Under the pieces are notes generated by a model, which saw only the letters and a program-made list of their open reading frames with translations, did not search any database and had not been told where the DNA came from. Shown here piece after piece: positions 15,988 to 23,635 of a stretch of DNA of 30,610 bases. The position numbers and the translations under genes were made by a program. Each line of letters begins with the position of its first letter. Positions within the stretch are counted from its first letter, which is position 1. The stretch is taken from assembly GCF_002087085.1 (NCBI RefSeq), contig NZ_MWQY01000005.1:186001-216610 (forward strand), read 5' to 3'.

Positions 15988-17153
15988 TAATTACCCCCAA
16001 AATTCGCAACAATATCTGCATGAATGCCCATCCGGTGGGCTGCGAACGGGAGACCCTGAACCAGATCGAATATGTCAGGAATAAAGGGAAATTCGCAGGG
16101 CCAAAGACTGCTCTTGTTGTGGGCTCCTCGACGGGCTACGGTCTGGCCTCAAGAATTTCCCTGGCCTTTGGCGCCGGTGCAGACACCATCGGCGTCTTTT
16201 TCGAAAAAGAGGGCAGCGACAAACGTCCCGGAACTCCCGGTTACTACAACAACAGGGCCCTCGAGAAGGCCGCCCGGGAAGCAGGGCTCAAGGCGGACAG
16301 CGTAAACGGCGACGCCTTTTCCCACGGGGTAAAAAAACAGGTTATCGATCTTATTAAAGAAAAATACGGAAGCATTGACCTGGTGATCTACAGCCTCGCC
16401 TCCCCCGTGAGGGTGGATCCTGATACGGGCGAGATGTATCGGTCCGTGCTGAAACCCCTCAAGGGGACATATACAGCCAAATCCGTCAATGCCATGACTG
16501 GTGAGGTAAGCGAAGCCTCCATCGAACCTGCCAATCAGGAGGAACTTGAGGCTACCGTAAAGGTGATGGGAGGAGAAGACTGGCAGCTCTGGATACGGGC
16601 ACTCAAGGATGCCGGTGTTCTCTCCGAAGGTGCCATGAGCGTAGCCTACTCCTATATCGGTCCTGAGGTCACCTATGCCGTATACCGGGAGGGAACCATC
16701 GGCAAGGCAAAGGAGCACCTGGAAAGGAGCGCATCGGAAATCAGTAAAATTCTTGATCCGCTGAAAGGGAAAGCCTTCGTTTCCGTGAACAAGGCCCTGG
16801 TTACCCGGGCAAGCGCAGTCATCCCCGTGGTCCCCCTCTACATGTCCATCCTCTACAAGGTCATGAAAAACAAGGGGATTCACGAAGGATGCATTGAACA
16901 GATGTACCGTCTGTTTACACAGCGGCTCTATACACAGGGGGAAATCCCCGTGGACGATGAGGGCCGTATCCGGGTAGACGACTGGGAGATGCGACCGGAT
17001 GTACAGGAGGAGATCACGAAACTCTGGGAACAGGTCGATTCCGGCAACATCGAAGAGATCGGCGACATGGACGGTTACAGGGAAGATTTTCTGCGCCTGA
17101 ACGGTTTCAACGTACCCGGTGTCGACTATGATGCCGAAGTAAACGATTTTTGA
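15984..17153 (+). CDS. fabV: Enoyl-ACP reductase FabV / trans-2-enoyl-CoA reductase family
   Basis: MIITPKIR..IC.NAHPVGC, GSSTGYGLASRI, NGDAFS, YSLASP, VMGGEDW, YSYIGP, Y..GTIGKAK, KALVTRAS..IP. ATGA overlap with fabZ. Confidence 0.93.
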   Translation: MIITPKIRNNICMNAHPVGCERETLNQIEYVRNKGKFAGPKTALVVGSSTGYGLASRISLAFGAGADTIGVFFEKEGSDKRPGTPGYYNNRALEKAAREAGLKADSVNGDAFSHGVKKQVIDLIKEKYGSIDLVIYSLASPVRVDPDTGEMYRSVLKPLKGTYTAKSVNAMTGEVSEASIEPANQEELEATVKVMGGEDWQLWIRALKDAGVLSEGAMSVAYSYIGPEVTYAVYREGTIGKAKEHLERSASEISKILDPLKGKAFVSVNKALVTRASAVIPVVPLYMSILYKVMKNKGIHEGCIEQMYRLFTQRLYTQGEIPVDDEGRIRVDDWEMRPDVQEEITKLWEQVDSGNIEEIGDMDGYREDFLRLNGFNVPGVDYDAEVNDF

Positions 17154-17169
17154 CACTTCTGTAATCAGC

Positions 17170-17197
17170 AAGCCCGGTTTTATGCCGGGCTTTATTA
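17170..17197. terminator. Intrinsic terminator between convergent fabV and the queuosine-precursor transporter
   Basis: AAGCCCGG-ttttatg-CCGGGCTT hairpin followed by TATTA (T-rich tail on the + strand). Confidence 0.7.
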
Positions 17198-17204
17198 TAG
17201 GTGC

Positions 17205-17906
17205 CTAGAGATATCTCTCCCGAATCCGTTTTGCCCAGTATATAAAGGGTGTATCCGCTACCGCCACCAGCCACTTGAAAAGATACGTGGTAATAAGAAT
17301 GTCGATGAGAACACGTACCTCGTAGATACCCCAGAAAGCGATCAGGACAAAAATAACTGAGTCTATTAACTGACTCACCATGGTACTCAGATTGTTGCGG
17401 ATCCAGATATGCCTGTCTTCGGGAAATCGGCTGCGCCAGAAACTGTAGGCCCATACATCGTGGCGCTGAGAAAGAATATATGCCACGAGACTGGCTCCCG
17501 CCACCCGGGGCATAACGAGAAATATCGTTGCCAGCGCTCCCTGGGCAAAATCGGAGGGTGCCGGTATGAACCAGAGGGCGATATTCATGAAAAGGGTCAT
17601 AACAAGAACAGCGAAGAACCCTACCCACACAGCCTTTTTTGCCTCCTCTTTTCCATGATTCTCCGAAAGAATATCGGTAACCAGAAAGGATGTGGCATAG
17701 ACAATATTGCCCAGGGTTGCCGCAAGGCCAAAGATATGTACGGTTTTGAGGACCTGTATGTTCGCAATAATTACAGAGATCGGAATCCAGACAAAAAGTC
17801 CGGTTTTTCCCATTATGCGATATAATGCGATGATCGTAAAAAAATTGATAAACAGAAACGCCACCCACAGGGCTTCGTTCTGAAAAGGAAAAACCAGGTC
17901 TGCCAT
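17205..17906 (-). CDS. yhhQ: Queuosine precursor transporter (YhhQ/VUT, DUF165 family)
   Basis: IANIQVLK, GNIVYATSFLVTDILSE.HG..EA, SQRHDV and WIRNNLSTMVSQLIDSVIF are family hallmarks. GGAGG RBS. Confidence 0.88.
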   Translation of the reverse strand: MADLVFPFQNEALWVAFLFINFFTIIALYRIMGKTGLFVWIPISVIIANIQVLKTVHIFGLAATLGNIVYATSFLVTDILSENHGKEEAKKAVWVGFFAVLVMTLFMNIALWFIPAPSDFAQGALATIFLVMPRVAGASLVAYILSQRHDVWAYSFWRSRFPEDRHIWIRNNLSTMVSQLIDSVIFVLIAFWGIYEVRVLIDILITTYLFKWLVAVADTPFIYWAKRIRERYL

Positions 17907-17920
17907 CTGCCCTCCGTAAA

Positions 17921-17964
17921 ATCGGATAGTTTAGCAAACTACCGGATGGGTAAGTTTTTTTCAA
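17921..17964 (-). promoter_or_regulatory. Promoter of the queuosine-precursor transporter, with an inverted repeat over the -10 element
   Basis: Minus strand TTGAAA, 17 nt, TAGTTT. Inverted repeat ATCCGGTAGTTT-gct-AAACTATCCGAT (17947-17921), 10 of 12 positions matching. Confidence 0.5.
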
Positions 17965-17991
17965 GTACCCCGAAACAGGAACCGCGATATA

Positions 17992-19341
17992 TCAGCGGGA
18001 AGACTCTCGGGAAATCCGTATGGGCAGAGCTTCGATGAGTCCCGGCAGATAATCCTGTTCTTCTGCAAGTTTCTGAAAGAGCTTTTTGATAGTGCGCTCA
18101 TGGGCCTGGCTGATGGTGAGACCACCGTCCTTCATATCCGCGCTCTGGTAGGTATGCAGTATCTGCCCCTGATACTCAACCTGGATTATCAGCCGCGCCT
18201 GGGAGATCTCCAGAGTGTTGTCCCGGTATCGGGGAAAATCCTCCAGTAGCAGTTTGCAGCGAAGGGTATATTCGGTATCGCTTTGTTCATCCGCCAGGGA
18301 AAAGGGCAGTCCTGATGTAAAAAAGAGTGCGGAAGCCATCTCAGGTATTCCCCTTGCAGTAATATCAGCATCATACTCCATTACAAAACGGAGAGGCAGA
18401 GGCAGAACATGAACCGCTATCTCCGTCTGTACGGAGGGGAGATTCAGGTAATAATCGCTTCGATCTATCCCCAGGGCTTCAAGCTGAAGATCAACTGATA
18501 TACTCCCGCGTCCCAGGGGTATCCTGGATAAATCAATCTGAAATTCATACAGCCCCTCCTCGCGGGTAGTACCGCTTTTCAGGACTTCGTCACCCAGGCT
18601 GACAAGCAGGGGAATACTTCCGGAGGGAATATCCCCCTGGACTCTGGCAGCGGCTTCCGCTGTCTCCCCGGCACGTCCCGCGAGGCTGTCGGGCTGAACG
18701 GTAATACTGAGAAGACTGAGAATATTCGCCGTCTTTCTTTCAATCAGGTCCAGAAGATTTCCCCGGGTGTCGCCAAGTTCTCCTGCCAGGCCTGCGAAAT
18801 ACGGTGAATCCAGGAGCAATTCGTGGCCCTTCTGAAGCAGTGAGAGGGCTTCGGACGCAGTGAGGTCCTCTTCGGTATAAACGGGAACGAGCAGCTCTTC
18901 GATTCTTCGGGCCAGCTCCTTCTTTTGCTTCTCCAGTTGATCCCTGGAAATCCTCATATAGATCCAGTAGCCCTGCCGGAGGGAATAGTAACTGTCCACA
19001 ACCTCGGCCCCCTCAAGGGTCTGATAAACCCTCTCTTCGATTCTGCGTTTGAAGGACTGAAAATGATCCCCCTCCGCGGATTCGGATATCTCGGTTGCAG
19101 TTTCTGCGATTATTGAGGTTGAAATGGAAGCGGCCAGATTGCTCAGGGCGTCCTGACGGGCCTTCGCCGCAGCTACCGACTGGACGGGATCATCGGATGA
19201 GCCGATACCTATATAGTATTTATCTTCCGAGGGGTGACGCTCAATCCATTTCGGCTGTTCCGGAGCGCTGAGACAGGAGAACATAATGAACAGCACTGAA
19301 GTATACACGCATGCCCTGAAGATTGATTTTTTTCCCGTCAT
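17992..19341 (-). CDS. Lipoprotein with N-terminal LPP20-like domain, 449 aa
   Basis: Signal peptide ending MFS-C, then PKWI...YYIGIGSS...AAAKARQDALSNLA. The C-terminal region is beta-rich and unassigned. Confidence 0.7.
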   Translation of the reverse strand: MTGKKSIFRACVYTSVLFIMFSCLSAPEQPKWIERHPSEDKYYIGIGSSDDPVQSVAAAKARQDALSNLAASISTSIIAETATEISESAEGDHFQSFKRRIEERVYQTLEGAEVVDSYYSLRQGYWIYMRISRDQLEKQKKELARRIEELLVPVYTEEDLTASEALSLLQKGHELLLDSPYFAGLAGELGDTRGNLLDLIERKTANILSLLSITVQPDSLAGRAGETAEAAARVQGDIPSGSIPLLVSLGDEVLKSGTTREEGLYEFQIDLSRIPLGRGSISVDLQLEALGIDRSDYYLNLPSVQTEIAVHVLPLPLRFVMEYDADITARGIPEMASALFFTSGLPFSLADEQSDTEYTLRCKLLLEDFPRYRDNTLEISQARLIIQVEYQGQILHTYQSADMKDGGLTISQAHERTIKKLFQKLAEEQDYLPGLIEALPIRISRESSR

Positions 19342-19371
19342 TCCATACCTCTGAGTTTTTGGACCATCGAT

Positions 19372-20298
19372 TTATCTCCGCGGCAGCACAGCAAGGGAAT
19401 AAAAATAGGAACCCTCCGGACTCCGCCAGCGGGATACAATCCGGAAACCTTTTACTGTGGCACTTGAATACTGATATACATCCTCCTGAAAGGATGAACC
19501 CCTGCCTTCCGTTGATCTCACATCATAGCTGGCTTCAACTCCTGCTGCCAGCTGCAGCAGTATTTCAGCCAGGGCCGCCTTGTCGGCTTCAGCGATGGAA
19601 TCGGCAAAACGAAGCCTGGGACGGGATATGCCGAGCCCCAGGTAATACCCTTCAATCTCCGGTACCCGGCCGATCCACCCGGGTTCGCTGATACCCGACA
19701 GTATATCTATGTCCGGATATTCTTCAGGGGATGCGACAGCGGTCAGGGACGGAAATCGCACCAGCGCGTAGCTCCCGGTTTCGTCCTGATGCAGTGTGCG
19801 TACTTCAGCCTCCTCCACAAAGAGCGGGACGAGATCCTGATTGTAATACAATCGAAGGTCCTCCGCGTATCCTGTACCTTCGCGAAAAGTTCCCCGAAAG
19901 GATGAGACCTGAGCGGCGATACCCGCATACCGTGCGGCCTGATCAGCGGCATTTCTGATACACTGCCTGAGTTCCTCTGTGCGGGAAACCCTGGGGAAGG
20001 ATGTACCCAGAAACAGAGGCCTCTCCCTGGCATTTTCCGGAAGCCATACCCACCAGGGTAAGCGGACAGGCAGCCAGGAGGGTCCAGGCTCAGGAGGCGG
20101 CACAACCTCCTCGGCACGGGGCAGATCAAGATCCCCGGTGATCGGCATACGCAGATCCTGCCAGGTTGAATATGCCCTGCCCGTCTCCATGGCGGGATCA
20201 GCCGGCACATCCGCAGACTCCGGGGTACTGGTACAGGAAGCAAGGGACAGCATAACTGGAAGAAAAAAAAGCAGCCGGAACAGACTATTACCTGCCAT
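19372..20298 (-). CDS. Lipoprotein with LPP20-like domain(s), 308 aa
   Basis: Lipobox LAS-C. Two similar units: PWW...LFLGTS...NAADQAA and PGWI...YYLGLG...ADKAALAEI...YFYSLA. Confidence 0.65.
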   Translation of the reverse strand: MAGNSLFRLLFFLPVMLSLASCTSTPESADVPADPAMETGRAYSTWQDLRMPITGDLDLPRAEEVVPPPEPGPSWLPVRLPWWVWLPENARERPLFLGTSFPRVSRTEELRQCIRNAADQAARYAGIAAQVSSFRGTFREGTGYAEDLRLYYNQDLVPLFVEEAEVRTLHQDETGSYALVRFPSLTAVASPEEYPDIDILSGISEPGWIGRVPEIEGYYLGLGISRPRLRFADSIAEADKAALAEILLQLAAGVEASYDVRSTEGRGSSFQEDVYQYSSATVKGFRIVSRWRSPEGSYFYSLAVLPRR

Positions 20299-20314
20299 GC
20301 CTCTATTCTATTCT

Positions 20315-20353
20315 AAAAAAAGACGGTACGAAACTGATCGCACCGTCTTTTTT
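20315..20353 (-). terminator. Strong intrinsic terminator after the first lipoprotein gene
   Basis: Minus strand A6-GACGGTGCGA-tcagtt-TCGTACCGTC-T7 (10-bp stem with one G-U pair). Confidence 0.8.
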
Positions 20354-20381
20354 GGTAAATAATTATAAGCTTATCGAGCTG

Positions 20382-20921
20382 TTATTTTGCCAGTTCAGCG
20401 TCGAGCCACTTCATTGCTTCGTCGGCTTTAAACTCCGCGAATGCGGCATCTTCGTTCCGTACAAAGAGCTCCTTTTCAGCAGCCTCCCGGAGGGCGCTTT
20501 TTTCGTACATAACCATAACATATACCGTACCGTCATCGTCCCGGTAGGTCTCGACAACCTTGGAACCGTTAAGGGTGGCGGAAGCGACCTGTTTCGTCAC
20601 GGTTTCCAGGAATTCGATGACCTGACGGTTACCGTCAACCCCGGCTTCCTGAGCATACTGCTTGACGGCACTGTCAACCTGGACCTCTACCTGGGCGGCA
20701 ATTTCAGCCCGGGCGTTGGCTGTAGCCGCGGTGCGTGCGGTGGATAGATTTGCCGATTTGTAGTTTCCGACTCCATAGTAGGCATCGTCCGCTACGGGAG
20801 GTGCAAGAACCCAGTCAGGAAGATCACTGGAGGGGGCAGCAGCCGGTTCCGGTGCGGAAGAACAGGAAATTACCAGTCCGATCAGGGACAGAGATACCAG
20901 TATCAAAAATACTCTTTTCAT
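20382..20921 (-). CDS. LPP20 family lipoprotein, 179 aa
   Basis: MKRVFLILVSLSLIGLVIS-C lipoprotein signal, PDWV...YYGVG...ARTAATANARAEIA...LNGSKVVETY...GTVYVMV. AAGGAG RBS 6 nt before the ATG at 20921. Confidence 0.82.
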   Translation of the reverse strand: MKRVFLILVSLSLIGLVISCSSAPEPAAAPSSDLPDWVLAPPVADDAYYGVGNYKSANLSTARTAATANARAEIAAQVEVQVDSAVKQYAQEAGVDGNRQVIEFLETVTKQVASATLNGSKVVETYRDDDGTVYVMVMYEKSALREAAEKELFVRNEDAAFAEFKADEAMKWLDAELAK

Positions 20922-21001
20922 TTTTTTCTCCTTTGCCAAAGAAAGCCTTTGAAGTATAGCCTACTCCTTTCCATGGTCCTTTTCAAGTTTTCTTTGCTAA
21001 A

Positions 21002-21010
21002 ATTATACCA
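21002..21010 (-). promoter_or_regulatory. Extended -10 promoter for the lipoprotein cluster
   Basis: Minus strand TGgTATAAT, a perfect extended -10, in the AT-rich divergent spacer. Confidence 0.6.
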
Positions 21011-21052
21011 CAGGTAAATTGATTTTTACGTATCTTCATGTAATTATGAGCC

Positions 21053-21283
21053 ATGGCCCGTGCAAAATCATACTATTTCATCATAGACAGACTTACCCCG
21101 GAAAAAGCCCTCCTTCTTAAACGCGGTTTGCTGGAACTTTCGGCGGTAACGGACGTAAAAGTGGATACAAGAACCAGCCTTGCTGAAGTGAAAGCCACAC
21201 GAAAGATCGAGGAGGATGTAAAGACGGCATGCTCCCTGGCCGGACTTGAACTTCGTACCCGGATAGACAGAAAGGATTTTTAG
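21053..21283 (+). CDS. Small HMA-like (ferredoxin-fold) protein lacking the CxxC motif
   Basis: 76-aa ORF filling the gap. The pattern LKRGLLELSAVTDVKVD....AEV...IEEDVKTA.SLAG resembles HMA domains. Confidence 0.6.
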   Translation: MARAKSYYFIIDRLTPEKALLLKRGLLELSAVTDVKVDTRTSLAEVKATRKIEEDVKTACSLAGLELRTRIDRKDF

Positions 21284-21344
21284 CTCCTCACCCGGTGATT
21301 GAAGAGGAACGATGGCACCTCTACTTGAACAATCCCGCGATTCA

Positions 21345-21374
21345 TGTTAACCGTAATGAATCTTATGGTTAACG
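21345..21374. promoter_or_regulatory. BirA operator (bioO-like)
   Basis: TGTTAACC-N14-GGTTAACG matches the established BirA box TGTtAAC-N14-16-GTTaACA and lies at the head of the birA-bioY operon. Confidence 0.8.
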
Positions 21375-22315
21375 AGAACTCCGTATCGCGAAGCACCTTG
21401 CTCAATCACCTCCGTAAAAACAGTGATCCCCTTTCGGGAACGGATCTGGGCGGAATTCTTGGCATATCCCGGGTTGCGGTACGAAAACATATACTCAGGC
21501 TGGCAAAGGAAGGTTTTGTTATCGAGTCAGGCAGGAAGGGATATCGTCTGCTGTCCGAGCCCGAATTCCCCTCTCCTTCGGAATACGACTCCGGCACAAT
21601 CCATATACAGAACGAGGTTGAATCCACCATGGAAGAGGCCTCACGAAACTCTCTCCGTAATTGTGAAGATATACAGTTTTACCTCGCCCGCAGGCAGAAA
21701 GCAGGCCGGGGAAGAAACAGAAAATCCTGGGTTTCCCCTGACGGCGGCCTGTATCTGACTGCTGCCTTTCGTCCCCGGCTTCCGGCAGCTTATATCTCCC
21801 TCTACATAATAGAAACCGGCCTGGCCCTGGTCGATTCCTTACGGGAACACTATGGCGTGGATTGCCGGTTCCGCTGGCCCAACGATCTATTCGTGAACGA
21901 AAAGAAGCTTGGAGGACTGCTGCTTGAAGTATCCGGTCCGGCGGAATCCCCTGATCATGCTTTTCTCGGTTTAGGCCTGAACGTACTTTCCTCGGTCCAT
22001 TTTTCGGAAACGGGCGATCGCCGGGTCACCTGCCTTCAGAACGAGATTCCCGGCGGCGGCCGGGACCTCCCGGATTTAAAAACACTGTTCGAAACCTTGA
22101 AACCGGTTATAGAGTCTTCCCTCGGAATGATCGAAGCGGACAAGGTCCGGAAGCACTGGAGGGCCAGGACCTCTACTCAGGGAAAGGTTATGAGGATTGA
22201 TGATACCGATTATACCGTCCGGAATCTCGCCCTTAACGGGTCCCTGATTGTCGCTGACAAGGACGGGACATTGTACGAAATCGCACCGGGTCCGCGAATA
22301 ATGGGGCCCAGGTGA
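21365..22315 (+). CDS. birA: Bifunctional biotin--[acetyl-CoA carboxylase] ligase / biotin operon repressor
   Basis: N-terminal wHTH (SGTDLGGILGISRVAVRKHI..L...G..I....GY), ESTM, QKAGRGR..KSWVSP, RWPND, KKLGGLL, GLGLNV. The start is uncertain: in-frame ATGs at 21344, 21356 and 21365. Confidence 0.9.
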   Translation: MVNENSVSRSTLLNHLRKNSDPLSGTDLGGILGISRVAVRKHILRLAKEGFVIESGRKGYRLLSEPEFPSPSEYDSGTIHIQNEVESTMEEASRNSLRNCEDIQFYLARRQKAGRGRNRKSWVSPDGGLYLTAAFRPRLPAAYISLYIIETGLALVDSLREHYGVDCRFRWPNDLFVNEKKLGGLLLEVSGPAESPDHAFLGLGLNVLSSVHFSETGDRRVTCLQNEIPGGGRDLPDLKTLFETLKPVIESSLGMIEADKVRKHWRARTSTQGKVMRIDDTDYTVRNLALNGSLIVADKDGTLYEIAPGPRIMGPR

Positions 22316-22340
22316 CAACAGACTTTCATCGGGAGTACGG

Positions 22341-22886
22341 ATGAATCAGAAACAGCTTTCCATGGCCATTCACTCAGCAGTATTTTCCTCTCTTATTATT
22401 CTGGGGACCTTCATCCGGATACCCCTTGGACCGGTTCCCATTGTTCTGGCTAATTTCTTTGTTATTCTCTCCGGACTTTTTCTCGGTCCCCTCTGGGGCA
22501 GCCTTTCTGTACTGATCTATCTTCTTCTCGGCGCCCTCGGTCTTCCCGTTTTCAGCGCCGGCGGCGGATTCGCTGTCTTTTTGGGCCCAACTGGAGGGTA
22601 TCTTCTGGGGTATCCCGCGGGTTCCTTCCTGGCAGGACTTATCAGCCGGATAAATCCGAAAAGACTCACCGTTCTGCTGCTCTCCGCCGGTCTCGGAACG
22701 GCTGTCATCTACCTGCTTGGAGTCCCGTGGCTCATATGGAGGATTTCCGCCGCCACGGGAGAGGGTGTTTCTCTTGCCAGGGGGCTACTGATCGGTATGG
22801 TTCCCTTTATACCCGGGGATGTACTCAAAATCACTGCCGCCGCCATTGTCGCCCGTTCCCTGAACAGACTTGTCAGTCACCAATGA
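22341..22886 (+). CDS. bioY: Biotin ECF transporter S component
   Basis: IPLGPVPIVL, YLLLGALGLPVFS, GPTGGYLLGY, PFIPGDVLK. GGGAG RBS. Confidence 0.93.
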   Translation: MNQKQLSMAIHSAVFSSLIILGTFIRIPLGPVPIVLANFFVILSGLFLGPLWGSLSVLIYLLLGALGLPVFSAGGGFAVFLGPTGGYLLGYPAGSFLAGLISRINPKRLTVLLLSAGLGTAVIYLLGVPWLIWRISAATGEGVSLARGLLIGMVPFIPGDVLKITAAAIVARSLNRLVSHQ

Positions 22887-23635
22887 ATGAACCTGTTCTG
22901 AGCTTCCAGGATGTGGGATACCGTTTTTCCGACGGGTTCTGGGGTCTGAAACATGTTAATCTTGAACTCTTTGCCGGAGAACTCCTGCTTCTGGCGGGAT
23001 CCAACGGGGCGGGTAAAACCCTCCTCATGCGTCATGCCAACGGTCTGGCCAGGCCGACGGAAGGAAGAGTCCTGTATCGGGGGGAGGAAGTACACAAGGC
23101 AGGCAGGAAGATCAGACAGAGAATAGGCCTGGTTTTCCAGCATCCCGAGGAACAGATAATAGAAGAAAGCGTGGCCGCGGAGATTGCCTTTGGTCCCGGG
23201 AACCTGGGAATCCGGGGGGAACGACTGAAAAGCCTGGTTGAATCCAACCTGGAGCTTTTCGGACTCGCCCCGTATGCGGAACGACATCCAATGACCCTCT
23301 CCGGTGGAGAACGCCGGCGCCTGGCCCTCGCCTCGGTACTGGCCATGGAACCGGATATCCTGCTTCTGGATGAACCCTTTATGGAGCTCGATTATCCCGG
23401 GGTCCGTTCGCTGCTCTCTGTGCTGCTGAAACTCCATGCCGCCGGGCAGGGAATCTGCGTAATCACCCACGATGTGGGGAAAATCCTGGCCCACTGTGAC
23501 CGACTGGCCCTTATGAAGGACGGAACACTCAGCGCAGCGGGAAAACCGGAAGATCTGGTGGGACAGCTGGAGGAACACGGAGTGCGGAATCCCTGCCGGG
23601 GTGGAATGCTCCTGGAGCATGCGTCGTGGAGATGA
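22883..23635 (+). CDS. ECF transporter ATPase (BioM/EcfA-like)
   Basis: Walker A GSNGAGKT, GLVFQHPEEQ, EIAFGPGNLG, LSGGE, LLLDEP, ITHD. ATGA overlap with bioY. Confidence 0.9.
   Translation: MNEPVLSFQDVGYRFSDGFWGLKHVNLELFAGELLLLAGSNGAGKTLLMRHANGLARPTEGRVLYRGEEVHKAGRKIRQRIGLVFQHPEEQIIEESVAAEIAFGPGNLGIRGERLKSLVESNLELFGLAPYAERHPMTLSGGERRRLALASVLAMEPDILLLDEPFMELDYPGVRSLLSVLLKLHAAGQGICVITHDVGKILAHCDRLALMKDGTLSAAGKPEDLVGQLEEHGVRNPCRGGMLLEHASWR

Noticed and set aside
16149..17171. 340-aa antisense ORF over fabV
   Set aside because: Shadow of the fabV reading frame, with no RBS or domain signature.
17950..17990. Possible preQ1-I riboswitch (GGTTC...AAAAAAACT on the minus strand)
   Set aside because: No complementary 3' arm for the P1 stem. 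The A-run is better explained as the -35 TTGAAA plus spacer, upstream of the predicted TSS. An Rfam search would settle it.
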